Made by a program: the position numbers and the translations under genes
Notes under the pieces: model-generated
What the model saw: only the letters and a program-made list of their open reading frames with translations
What the model was told of the DNA's origin: nothing
The model's database searches: none
DNA from: an uncultured Candidatus Entotheonella sp.
GTDB lineage: Bacteria > Tectomicrobia > Entotheonellia > Entotheonellales > Entotheonellaceae
NCBI GenBank assembly: GCA_965215335.1
Contig: CBDCDA010000002.1
Location: 448,001-512,000, forward strand
DNA: 64,000 nucleotides
Direction: 5' to 3'
Shown here: positions 48,883 to 58,552 of the stretch, in pieces
How positions within the stretch are numbered: the first letter of the stretch is position 1
Layout of the letters: each line of letters begins with the position of its first letter

Positions 48883-49009
48883 TTATTCCTCCTTATTCCG
48901 TCATCAACAATCGGTCTCTGCCTCAAAACCCTTGTTCCGCATGCCTGGTCGCATGTCGCCGCGAACGCGAACAAGGTGCGGTGAATGCGGAAAAGATACC
49001 CAGTCATCT

Positions 49010-49038
49010 ATTAGAAACGGGTAAAGATCGCGTTAGAT
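49010..49038 (-). promoter_or_regulatory. PHO-box-like array upstream of the porin-phoB genes
   Basis: Plus-strand ATTAGA (49010), GTAAAG (49021) and GTTAGA (49032) at exact 11-bp spacing in an AT-rich patch. Confidence 0.6.
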
Positions 49039-49058
49039 GTAGGTGCAATGCGCATACG

Positions 49059-49901
49059 TCACCCAATTCGAGAACCGGGATACGCCTCGCGCCGTTCGGC
49101 CACCAGCCGCCACACCAGACCGCCTAGTGGTCCGCCAATCAACGGTCCGACGATATACACCCAGAAACCGCCATCGGGTCCGGGGATTGCCACCTTTCCC
49201 CATCCCAACACAAAAGCCACCAGGCGCGGGCCGAAATCGCGGGCCGGATTCCAGCCAGCCTGCGTCAGTGGCGCGAACAGGCTGATCAGCACCGCCACGG
49301 TGAAACCGATGAAGAACGGCGCCAGGTTGGCGCCGGGCTTGTCAGCGTTGCGCGACGACGTGAGCGCAAAGATCACCAGCACCAGCACGGCGGTGCCAAA
49401 CCCCTCAACCAGCGCCGCCCGCCAGGGCGAAACGAGGGCCCGCGCTGCCGCGTCGGTGCCGAACATCGCCGGGTTCGGAAAGTATTCGCCAAACACCATG
49501 GCGGACAGCTCGCTGCCAGGAGCACCGCGCACAATCCGCTTGGCCGTCTCGAAACGACGCAGCAAGGGACCGAATAGCACCGCCACCGTAGCGCCAGCCA
49601 ATACCGCGCCGGCCAGTTGGGCCGCCGCGTACGGCAGCAGTCGGGCGGGCGGAAAAGTCGTCGGCCGCAGCAGAGCCATGGACAGGGACACCGCCGGGTT
49701 GAGGTGCGCCCCCGACAGATCGGCCGACACGTAAATGGCCAGCGTGACCCCAAAGCCCCATACCGCCGCTACCTGCCACAATCCCACCTGCGCGCCCGAC
49801 AGCACCGCGCTGGCCACCGATCCGGTGCCGAACAGAACCAGCAGGTAGGTACCCAACGCTTCGCCCACCAGCGCCCTGCTCATCGGTGGTTGGGGAGGCA
49901 T
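49059..49901 (-). CDS. MIP-family channel, aquaglyceroporin type
   Basis: SGAHLNPAVS and GWNPARDFGPR (the NPARD signature of GlpF-type channels). Confidence 0.92.
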   Translation of the reverse strand: MPPQPPMSRALVGEALGTYLLVLFGTGSVASAVLSGAQVGLWQVAAVWGFGVTLAIYVSADLSGAHLNPAVSLSMALLRPTTFPPARLLPYAAAQLAGAVLAGATVAVLFGPLLRRFETAKRIVRGAPGSELSAMVFGEYFPNPAMFGTDAAARALVSPWRAALVEGFGTAVLVLVIFALTSSRNADKPGANLAPFFIGFTVAVLISLFAPLTQAGWNPARDFGPRLVAFVLGWGKVAIPGPDGGFWVYIVGPLIGGPLGGLVWRLVAERREAYPGSRIG

Positions 49902-49976
49902 GGCCGCGTCTCCTTTTGAATGCGTTCACTGGGGCAATTTCGGCTCAACATGGCTTGCTCGTTCGCACCCTCTCCA

Positions 49977-50044
49977 TTACCCCCTCCCTTGAAGGGGAGT
50001 CGGCGAAACAAGGGCGTAACCCGTGGGTAAGCCGGTGGGGGGAG
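49977..50044. repeat. REP/MITE-like palindromic element (single copy in the window)
   Basis: ctcccttgaaggggag hairpin inside ccccctc...ggggggag ends. Confidence 0.3.
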
Positions 50045-50107
50045 CCCCAACGCCATGCAAACGATGCAGCCTGGTACGAAAACACCCTAATACGCTATGT
50101 GCAGGAC

Positions 50108-50146
50108 GTTAACGTGTGATTAGAGCCTTGTTGTCGCTGCGTTAAG
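50108..50146 (-). promoter_or_regulatory. PHO-box-like array in the MIP/ppk1 divergent region
   Basis: Plus-strand GTTAAC (50108), ATTAGA (50119), GTTGTC (50130) and GTTAAG (50141) at 11-bp spacing; same orientation as the array at 49010. Confidence 0.6.
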
Positions 50147-50314
50147 ACGGGCGGCTTTGCGCAGGTCGAATCGACAGCAGCAGAATCCGACAGGACAGGA
50201 AGGTTGGATAGCGCGCCGGAACACCGGTTCCCTTGCCCCCGTTGGAACGATTGCGGTACGATAGCCGGGCCACGTAATCAGCCGCCGTCTCTTAGCCGCC
50301 ACGCCGAGGGAACC

Positions 50315-52456
50315 ATGCGCAGCAGTCAACCCGAGCCCTCCTGTCAAGCCATCGACCTGCAGGATCCCCGCCTCTACATCAACCGCGAAACCGCTTGGCT
50401 GCAGTTCAACTGGCGGGTCCTGGAAGAGGTCCTCGATGCCGACAACCCGCTGCTGGAACGCGTCAAGTTTCTGTCCATTTTCGCCACCAACCTGGACGAG
50501 TTCTTCATGATCCGCGTCTCCGGCCTCAGCCGTCAGGTGACCGGCGGCGTCCTGGAAGCGCCGCCGGACGGCATGACCCCGTTGGAACAATTGGCGGCCA
50601 TCCGTAAAACGCTCCTCGGCCATCTGGAACAAACCCTGCACTGCTGGCACCACGATCTGTCTCCCAGGCTGCGCGACAGCGGCATGCCCATCCTGGGCAT
50701 GCCTGAGCTGGGTCACCACCAGAAAGCCTGGCTGCGCCGTTATTTCGCACGCGAGATTTTCCCGGCTCTGACGCCGCTGGCCTTCGACCCGGCCCACCCT
50801 TTCCCGCACATCTCCAATCTGAGCTTCAACCTCGCCGTGGTGGTCAGCGACCCGCAGGGCGGCGAACGATTCGCGCGCGTCAAGATTTCCGACGTGTCGC
50901 CCAGCCTGGTGCGCCTGCCGAACGAAGCCGACCTCGCGGCGAACCCCGCAACCGACGTCAGCGAGGTGCGGGCCAGCAGTTTCGTGCCCGTCGAAGAAGT
51001 CGTGGCGGCCAATCTCGACATGCTGTTTCCGGGCATCGACGTCATGGCCGCCTACCCGTTCCGCATCACCCGCGACGCGGATCTGGAGATCGAGGAAGAC
51101 GAAGCCTCCGACCTGCTGACCAGCGTCGAGGCACAGATCGACATGCGCCATTGGGGCTCGGTCGTCCGCCTGGAGATCGGCCGCAACATGCCGGAACGCA
51201 TCCGCGACGTGCTGATGCGCAATCTGGAACTGGAGCCGTCCCAGGTGTACACCATCGACGGCCCGCTGAATCTGGCTGGCCTCATGGAGCTGACGCGCAT
51301 CGAGCGCCCGGATCTGAAGGACCCGCCATACCTGCCTGTCATCGCCGCGCCCCTGGCCAAGCGCGAACGGCTGTTCGAGACCATCCGGCGCCAGGACATG
51401 TTGCTCTATCACCCGTACGACAGCTTCGTGCCCGTCGTGGATTTCATCCGCGAAGCCGCCAGCGACCCGGACGTGCTGGCGATCAAGCAGACGCTGTACC
51501 GCGTCGGGCCGAATTCGCCCATCGTCGCGGCATTGATGGAGGCGAGAGAGAATCAGAAACAGGTCGCCGTGCTGCTCGAACTGAAGGCGCGCTTCGACGA
51601 GGAAAACAACATCGCCTGGGCGCGGGCGCTGGAGGACGAGGGCGTGCACGTGGTCTACGGCGTGCTGGGGCTCAAGACGCACGCCAAGATGTGCCTGGTG
51701 GTGCGCCGCGACCCGGACGGCATCCGCTGCTACGTGCACATGGGAACCGGCAATTACAATCCGGTGACCAGCCGCATCTACACCGACCTGAGCTACTTCA
51801 CCTGCAACCCGGACATCAGCGCCGACGTGTCGGACTTGTTCAACGCCCTGACGGGGTATTCGGACAAGGGCACCTACCGCCGCCTGCTGGTGGCGCCGCG
51901 CACCATGCGGCAGCAGATCATCGCGCGCATCGAGCGCGAGGTCGCTCGCCACCGGGAGCATGGCGACGGCCACATCGCCTTCAAGATGAACGCCTTGGTG
52001 GATACGAAATGTATCCAGGCCCTGTACCGCGCCTCGCAGGCCGGCGTGTCCATCGACCTGCAGGTGCGCGGCATCTGCTGCCTGTCGCCGGGCGTGCCGG
52101 GGGTCAGCGAGACCATTACGGTGACCTCGATCGTCGGACGCTATCTCGAACACGCACGCATTTATTACTTCCGAAACGGCGGCGACGCCGAGGTGTTTCT
52201 GGGCAGCGCCGACCTGATGCCGCGCAATCTGGACCGGCGCGTCGAGGTGCTGTTCCCCGTGATACCGTCACGGCTGCGCGACACCATCCTGCGCGATATC
52301 CTGGGGGTGCACCTGCAGGACACCAGACAGGCGCGGCGATTGCTGGCCGATGGCCAATACGAACCGCTCGCCGAGGCGCCGGGGGCGGATTCGCTCAACT
52401 CACAGGAATGGCTGATGCAACACTGGCGCGGCAAAGGAGCGGCGCGTGAAGAGTAA
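50315..52456 (+). CDS. ppk1: Polyphosphate kinase 1
   Basis: YINRE.AWLQFN, NLDEFFMIRV, HPFPHISN, YHPYDSF, ELKARFDEENNI, GTGNYN, YLEHAR and SADLMPRNLDRRVE. Confidence 0.97.
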   Translation: MRSSQPEPSCQAIDLQDPRLYINRETAWLQFNWRVLEEVLDADNPLLERVKFLSIFATNLDEFFMIRVSGLSRQVTGGVLEAPPDGMTPLEQLAAIRKTLLGHLEQTLHCWHHDLSPRLRDSGMPILGMPELGHHQKAWLRRYFAREIFPALTPLAFDPAHPFPHISNLSFNLAVVVSDPQGGERFARVKISDVSPSLVRLPNEADLAANPATDVSEVRASSFVPVEEVVAANLDMLFPGIDVMAAYPFRITRDADLEIEEDEASDLLTSVEAQIDMRHWGSVVRLEIGRNMPERIRDVLMRNLELEPSQVYTIDGPLNLAGLMELTRIERPDLKDPPYLPVIAAPLAKRERLFETIRRQDMLLYHPYDSFVPVVDFIREAASDPDVLAIKQTLYRVGPNSPIVAALMEARENQKQVAVLLELKARFDEENNIAWARALEDEGVHVVYGVLGLKTHAKMCLVVRRDPDGIRCYVHMGTGNYNPVTSRIYTDLSYFTCNPDISADVSDLFNALTGYSDKGTYRRLLVAPRTMRQQIIARIEREVARHREHGDGHIAFKMNALVDTKCIQALYRASQAGVSIDLQVRGICCLSPGVPGVSETITVTSIVGRYLEHARIYYFRNGGDAEVFLGSADLMPRNLDRRVEVLFPVIPSRLRDTILRDILGVHLQDTRQARRLLADGQYEPLAEAPGADSLNSQEWLMQHWRGKGAAREE

Positions 52457-53891
52457 GGACTTGATGGCCTGCGCGATCAGGGACAAGCAGGACGCCGACT
52501 TCTGCTTCCACGGCGCCCGGATCCTGCTGAAGTACCTCGGCACCATGATGGGGATGGTCGACGGCGTGCGACAGAACGAGGACATCGAATGCCTGCACCG
52601 CATGCGGGTCGCCTCGCGTCGCCTGCGCAGCCTGCTGCCGCTGTTCATCGATTGCCTGCCGACGAAACAGCGCGCGCGCTGGCGCAAGCAACTGCGCCGC
52701 GTCACGCGGGCCTTGGGCCAGGCACGGGACGCCGACGTGCAGATCGCCTGCCTGCAAGAGGCGCTGAATGCCTGCAACGACGACCGGCAGCGGCCCGGGC
52801 TGGAACGCCTGCTACTGCGCTTCAAGCAGCAGCGGCAAGCCATGCAGGCGCCGCTGGTGAACGCTCTGGAGCGCCTGACAACCCGCCGTCACATCAGTCG
52901 GATAGAAATGGCCCTGCGCTACCTGCTCGCCACCAGCCAGCTGTACGCTACCCCCGAATCGGCTCGTCACACCTACCACCGCAGCTGCAACGCCATTCTC
53001 CGGCGCCTGCAAGCGGTGCTGGCCACCGCGGCAGCGATTCACGGGCCGCAGAGCAGCGCGGAATTGCACGCCACGCGCATCACCATCAAGCGGCTGCGCT
53101 ACACCCTGCAGGCGTTCGCGCCGTTGTATCCGGACACGCTGAACGACGCCATCCACACCGCCCGAAAGCTCCAGGACGTGCTGGGGAACCTCCACGACTG
53201 CGACGTGTGGGTGGAGACACTGCCACAGTTCCTCCAGGAAGAAAAGGCTCGCACCCTGGCGTATTTTGGCGACACCGAACCCTTTGAGGCGCTGGTGCCG
53301 GGGATCATGGCGCTGCGCGACCAGCGACAGCAACGCCGCATCAAACACTACGAGGCGTTCGAGGCCCTGTGGCAACGGGCGCAAGACCACGACGTGTGGG
53401 GGCGGCTGTGCCGCGCCTTGGACACCCCGCCGCTGCCGGGACACGAGAATGGCTCCGAATCCGACCCGGCCTTGCACGAGTCGACACCGGCCGGGACGAA
53501 CCCGTCGCCGCCGGAGGAATTGGTACGACTGCAAGACACCCTGCGCGCCTCACCACAAGCCTGGCAGTGGCACGTGGCGACGCTCATCACGCGCGTGCCC
53601 GCCGGGCGGCTGATCACCTACGGGCGCCTGGCGGAATGGGCCAACGCCGCGTACGGCCTGCACATCGGCGCCTCCAACGTCGCCTGGCTGCGCAGCCACC
53701 TGCAGAACCTCCTCGGCAACCGCACCGCCGTGCCTCTTCACCGCTTGGCCAAGACCGGCGATCCGTACTCCCGCCAGGAAACCCGCGCGCGCAAACAACT
53801 CAACGACCAATTGCGCGCCTCGGAAGGCTCCCTCGCACACCCCCTATGGTGGTGCCCTGATACCGTCACGGCCCCGCGAAGCGAGCGCTAG
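52446..53891 (+). CDS. CHAD-domain (polyP-binding) protein with C-terminal MGMT/alkyltransferase-like DNA-binding domain
   Basis: LHRMRVASRRLR, ARDADV, LHATRITIKRLRY, LQDVLGNLHDCDV; then a linker and RVPAGRLITYGRLA...VPLHR. The start may be ATG 52464. Confidence 0.85.
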   Translation: MKSKDLMACAIRDKQDADFCFHGARILLKYLGTMMGMVDGVRQNEDIECLHRMRVASRRLRSLLPLFIDCLPTKQRARWRKQLRRVTRALGQARDADVQIACLQEALNACNDDRQRPGLERLLLRFKQQRQAMQAPLVNALERLTTRRHISRIEMALRYLLATSQLYATPESARHTYHRSCNAILRRLQAVLATAAAIHGPQSSAELHATRITIKRLRYTLQAFAPLYPDTLNDAIHTARKLQDVLGNLHDCDVWVETLPQFLQEEKARTLAYFGDTEPFEALVPGIMALRDQRQQRRIKHYEAFEALWQRAQDHDVWGRLCRALDTPPLPGHENGSESDPALHESTPAGTNPSPPEELVRLQDTLRASPQAWQWHVATLITRVPAGRLITYGRLAEWANAAYGLHIGASNVAWLRSHLQNLLGNRTAVPLHRLAKTGDPYSRQETRARKQLNDQLRASEGSLAHPLWWCPDTVTAPRSER

Positions 53892-53927
53892 CCACCCGCT
53901 CTTCCATCACCTTTCGAGATCCCGCAC

Positions 53928-55356
53928 ATGAATACCGCCCCAACGCACACGGAAGCGCACCACGTCGCCTTCATGGACATCGGCACCAACTCCATCCGCC
54001 TGCTGCTCGTCCGCATCCATCCGAACCACGCCACCAACGTGCTCATTCAGCTCAAACAGACCGTGCGCCTCGGCGAAGGAGAATTCGACGACCAGGTCCT
54101 GCAGCCCGAAGCCATCGACCGCGCCGTGGCCGTCAGCCAGCAGTTCGCTTCGCTGATTCGCTCCTATGGCACCGACGACGTCATCGCCGTGGCCACTGCG
54201 GCCACTCGCGAGGCGAAGAACCAGAGAACGTTTGTACAACGTCTGCAAGAAGCGGCGCAACTCGACGTGCGCGTGGTCTCAGGGCAGGAAGAGGCGCGTC
54301 TGATCTATCTCGGCGTGGCCAGCGGTGTTCATCTCGGGGACAAGCAGGCGCTGTTCATCGACATCGGCGGCGGCAGCACGGAAGTCATCCTGGGGACGCA
54401 ACACCACTATCGCTACCTCAACTCGCTGAAACTGGGTGCCATTCGCCTGAGTGCGCAGTTCCCCGCCGACTCGCAGGGGGTGATGTCGCCGGGCAAGTAC
54501 AGCCGCATCCTGCGCTACATCGAGCGTCATGCCGTGCATACCCTGCGGGAGATGCGGGCGCATCACATCGACCTGGCGATTGGCAGCTCCGGCACCATCG
54601 AAAACCTTGCCGACGTTGCCTCCCGCCGCTTCGCCAAGCGGCGTCTACAGCGTGATGACGTGCTGACGGCTGTCCAGCTCGGAGACGTGGTCAGGATGCT
54701 GGGCGCCCTGCCGCTGAAAGAACGCCGCAAGGTGCCGGGCCTGAATCCCGAACGGGCCGACATCATCATGGCTGGCGCCGCCATCCTGGAAACCTTCATG
54801 CAGGGCTTGTCCATCGAGGCCATCCGTATCAGCGACCGCGGGCTGCGTGAAGGGCTGTTGATGGATTATCGGTTGCGACACGGGCACGTTCCGCAGCAGC
54901 AGGCGTTGTCCATACGCCAACGCAGCGTGCTCGACCTGGGACGCACCTGTCATTTCGACGAGGCACACGCCCGCACTACCGCCCAACTGGCCTTGACCTT
55001 GTTGCCATGCCACACAAAAACCACCCCGAATTCGCCGCCCTCGACAGACAGGCCCAGAAGAGGGTGCGCATCTTGTGCCTCTTGCTGCGCTTTGCCGAAA
55101 GTCTGGACCGCAGCCATGCGGGCGTCGTCCGCCATGCCCGCTTTGGGGCCAGGGATGACGCCCACGTGTTGTATACGTCTACGCGGAGCAGGACTGTCAG
55201 ATCGAACTCTGGGGCATTCAGAAACACCTTGCGGCGTTTGAAAAGGTTTTTGCCCGCCAGCTGGAAATCGAGGTCATCGGTGCAGGCGGAGACGGCAAAC
55301 GACCAGGCAGCAACATGACCCGGGAACGCGTTGTGAAGCGGGAAGGAACCGGCTGA
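53928..55356 (+). pseudogene. ppx: Exopolyphosphatase Ppx/GppA: catalytic domains intact, HD-type C-terminal half deleted and frameshifted
   Basis: DIGTNS, ATAATREA, EEARLIY, DIGGGSTE, ERADII, GLREG. After HARTTAQLALTL the sequence jumps frame to PHKNHPEF...LLRFAESLDRSH, then again to DCQIELWG...FEKVF (stop 55356). Confidence 0.85.
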
Positions 55357-55574
55357 CTTGACGGCCGGTTCCGCTCGTGGGAGGTATTGCTCCGCAAGCC
55401 GTACGATTTTTGCCGCCACTGACGCTGGCGTACATGTCATTGGCCGTGTTGCGAAAACCCGCCACCAATCCCCTGACTCGAATACGCATGCTCCACGCCG
55501 ATCACCACGTTATGCGACCCGCCACGGTCGTTGGGGCCGTAATCGCGCCTCTATGAGCTCCAATCGGTTGCGTA

Positions 55575-56069
55575 TCAAGCGCGATCGCCCAGAGCCCGCA
55601 GCACCTTGGGCGGCAGGTAGGCGCGCAGGACCATGCCGCCGGGGCGCAATGGACCCTCCAACCACGCAACCCCACCCTTCCTGAAGACGAACATGGCGCC
55701 GGCCGCTGGGGAGCCGGTGATGAGCCAGGCCAGCAATTCGCTCATCCACGGTTCATGGCCGACCAGCGCGGCTGGGGTTTGGTCGATTTCATGCAGCAAC
55801 GCTGCTTCGGGTGGACGCGCCAACGCCTGGGTCGGCAGGAGGCCGCCTTGCAGCACGGGCGCGAGCAAGGCAGCGGTCTCGACGGCGCGCAACCAGGGGC
55901 TATGGTTCACCTGCCGCAACCGAATGCCCAGGCGCTGCAGGCCAGCCACAGCCTGGATAAAGCGTTCGCGGCCCTGTCGGGTCAGGGGGCGCTCGGTGTC
56001 CGGCAGCCTCTTGCCAGCAAGCTTTGACCGCGGTGCCGCGACGGCGTGGCGAACGAGAAACAGTTCCAT
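55575..56069 (-). CDS. sixA: SixA-type phosphohistidine phosphatase
   Basis: LVRHA, RPLT, SPWLRAVETA, LVGHEP and FRKGG. Confidence 0.88.
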   Translation of the reverse strand: MELFLVRHAVAAPRSKLAGKRLPDTERPLTRQGRERFIQAVAGLQRLGIRLRQVNHSPWLRAVETAALLAPVLQGGLLPTQALARPPEAALLHEIDQTPAALVGHEPWMSELLAWLITGSPAAGAMFVFRKGGVAWLEGPLRPGGMVLRAYLPPKVLRALGDRA

Positions 56070-56071
56070 GA

Positions 56072-56902
56072 TCAGCCGTCCCCGTCCAAGCTGGCATCCT
56101 CATCACCATCCACGACAGCCTCGCCTGCAGCGGACTCCGGGAGGCCGCCGCCATCCGCCAAAGCCGCTTCCTGCGGCAGGGCTGACAGGGCAGCGCCCAC
56201 GACACCCGCGCTGTTGAGCATTTGGGCAGTCACAACCTCCGTCTGCAGCGTCAGCAGCGGCAGAAATTTCCCGGACTTCCTGCTCACCCCGCCACCCACG
56301 ATCATCAGATCCGGCCAGAAGTAGTATTCCATGCGGTGCAGATAATCGTCCAAGCGTCGCGCCCATTTGGCCCAGCTGAGGCCCTGGCGTTTGCGGACAA
56401 TCGCCGCGGCGCGCTTCTCGGCGGCCTTGCCGCAGAATTCGACTTGACCCAATTCGGTGTTGGGCACCAGACGGCCGTCAATAAACAGCGCCGTGCCGAT
56501 GCCCGTTCCGAGCGTCAGGATCATCACCAGGCCGGGACGGCCGCGCCCGGCGCCAAAACGCATTTCGGCGAGTCCGGCAGCGTCGGCATCATTGATCACC
56601 GTCACCGGACAACCAGCCGCCTGCCGGAACAACTCGGCAACGGATTCGCCGACCCAGTTCCGGGAGATATTGACCGCCGTCAACGCCCGGCCGTGCCGCA
56701 CCGCGGCCGGAAAGCCACACCCGATGGGGCCGGACCAGTTGAAACGCCTGACGAGTTGGCCCACCGCCTCGCTCACGGCCGCGGGCTCGGCACCCTCGGG
56801 CGTCGGGATACGCAGCCGTTCGGCGGTCATCTCGCCGCTCCGCGTGTCCACCGGCGCGCCCTTGATGCCGGAGGCGCCGATATCGATGCCAAGAATCTCC
56901 AC
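56072..56902 (-). CDS. ppgK: Polyphosphate glucokinase (ROK family)
   Basis: GIDIGASGIKGAPVD, RIPTP, NDADAAGLAE, GTGIG, LVPNTELG and GGGVS. Confidence 0.9.
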   Translation of the reverse strand: MEILGIDIGASGIKGAPVDTRSGEMTAERLRIPTPEGAEPAAVSEAVGQLVRRFNWSGPIGCGFPAAVRHGRALTAVNISRNWVGESVAELFRQAAGCPVTVINDADAAGLAEMRFGAGRGRPGLVMILTLGTGIGTALFIDGRLVPNTELGQVEFCGKAAEKRAAAIVRKRQGLSWAKWARRLDDYLHRMEYYFWPDLMIVGGGVSRKSGKFLPLLTLQTEVVTAQMLNSAGVVGAALSALPQEAALADGGGLPESAAGEAVVDGDEDASLDGDG

Positions 56903-56940
56903 AGCTGACCTCCTGTCGCCGCGCTGTCCCGAGCGCCGAG

Positions 56941-57690
56941 CTATTGGGCCGTGAAGCCGCCGTCGATGACCAGTTCGCTGCCGGTGACGAACGACGATTC
57001 GTCACTCGCCAGGTACAGCACACCGTAGGCGATGTCCTCGGTCGAGCCGACATAGCCCAGCGGGATCATGGCCGTCCGTTCCTCGCGCTCCGGGCCGAAA
57101 GCCTCCTTGAGCATCTCGGTGTCGATGGGCCCCGGATGGATGGAATTGCAGCGAATGCCGTCCTTGGCATGCTGCATCGCCACGGTTTTGGTGAACAGCC
57201 GCACGGCGCCCTTGGAGGCGTTGTACGACGGCGAGCCGTAGGGACTGCCGACCAGGCCGGCCGTCGAAGAGATGTTGATGATGGAGCCGCCGCCCGCCCG
57301 GCGCATGGCGGCCACGGCGTGCTTGGCGCCCAGGAAGACGCCCTTGACGTTCACCGCCAGAATCTGGTCCAGGTCGTCCTCGGTGGTTTCTTCGAGGCGC
57401 TTGCGGATATAGATGCCGGCGTTGTTCACCAGCACGTTCAGCTTGCCGTAGAGCTGCTCCGTGGCCTGCACCGCCGACCGCCAGGCGTCCTCGTCGGTGA
57501 CGTCCAGGTGGACGTAGGTGGCGTTGCCGCCGGCGGCGCGCAGGTCGGCCTCGACCTGACGACCCTCGTCGTCCAGGATGTCGCCCATGACGACGCTGGC
57601 GCCCTCCTGCACAAACAGGCGTGCCTCGCTGGCGCCCTGTCCGCGCGCGCCACCACTGATCAATGCGACCTTGCCATCGAGCCGGCCCAT
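56941..57690 (-). CDS. Short-chain dehydrogenase/reductase (paralog of 30263-31021)
   Basis: SGGARGQG, NNAG, YNASK and SIHPG. Confidence 0.92.
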   Translation of the reverse strand: MGRLDGKVALISGGARGQGASEARLFVQEGASVVMGDILDDEGRQVEADLRAAGGNATYVHLDVTDEDAWRSAVQATEQLYGKLNVLVNNAGIYIRKRLEETTEDDLDQILAVNVKGVFLGAKHAVAAMRRAGGGSIINISSTAGLVGSPYGSPSYNASKGAVRLFTKTVAMQHAKDGIRCNSIHPGPIDTEMLKEAFGPEREERTAMIPLGYVGSTEDIAYGVLYLASDESSFVTGSELVIDGGFTAQ

Positions 57691-57810
57691 TTCGCTCTCC
57701 TTATCCTCCGTGTTGATCCGATCGCCATCTTTGACTAGGCTGGAGCGCCTATCATACGGCATCCCTTGTCGGAAACGAAACGTGATCCCACCGCCCGGAG
57801 AGAAACCGCC

Positions 57811-58407
57811 GTGATTGCCGACCCGACGCGCTTCGAGACCGCCATCGCCCGCTTCGACGCAGCCAACGCCGAGGACCCGAATACCGAAGCGGTAGACGGC
57901 GTTGCCCGCCCGAAGGAACTGCTGTACGCCCAGCGCATGACCACCTGGCTGGACAAGCTGGCCCCAGATGCGTCGGAGGTCCTGCGGTTGGCGGCGCGCG
58001 CCCAGCACATCCGCCGCTGGGCCATCCCGCGGCGCGATTACCCGATGACCCGCACCGGCTACCTGAAATGGCGAACCACCCTGTATCGTTTTCACGCCGA
58101 CACCGCCGGCGACATCCTGCGCGAAGTCGGATACGACGGCGCCACGGTCGCCGCAGTGCAGTCGCTGCTGCGCAAGGAACGCCTGAAGCGCAACCCCGAC
58201 ATGCAGTGCCTGGAGGACGTCATCTGCCTCGTCTTCCTGGAAAGCTACTTCGCCGATTTCGCCCCGCAGCACGACGCGCAAAAGGTCCTCGACGTCGTGC
58301 GCAAGACCTGGAAGAAGATGTCCCCGCGGGGCCAGGCGGCGGCCCGCGACTTGACCCTGCCACCGGCGGCGCACGCCTTGCTGGACAAGGCATTGACGAC
58401 GCCGTGA
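57811..58407 (+). CDS. DUF4202-family protein
   Basis: FDAANAEDP, PKELLYAQRM, AQHIRRW, GYLKWR, LEDVICLVFL and KTWKKMS. Confidence 0.85.
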   Translation: MIADPTRFETAIARFDAANAEDPNTEAVDGVARPKELLYAQRMTTWLDKLAPDASEVLRLAARAQHIRRWAIPRRDYPMTRTGYLKWRTTLYRFHADTAGDILREVGYDGATVAAVQSLLRKERLKRNPDMQCLEDVICLVFLESYFADFAPQHDAQKVLDVVRKTWKKMSPRGQAAARDLTLPPAAHALLDKALTTP

Positions 58408-58552
58408 ATCCCCGCCCGGACGGCCTGTTTCGACGCCCTGCGGCTGTTTGCTTTGATGACGCCGACTTTGTTATGCTAGCGCCCTTGTTTGCCGTGTAGC
58501 ACGCTCCAGGTCGTCCGGGACGACATCCGTTTTGTATCCCCAGGAGAAAATC

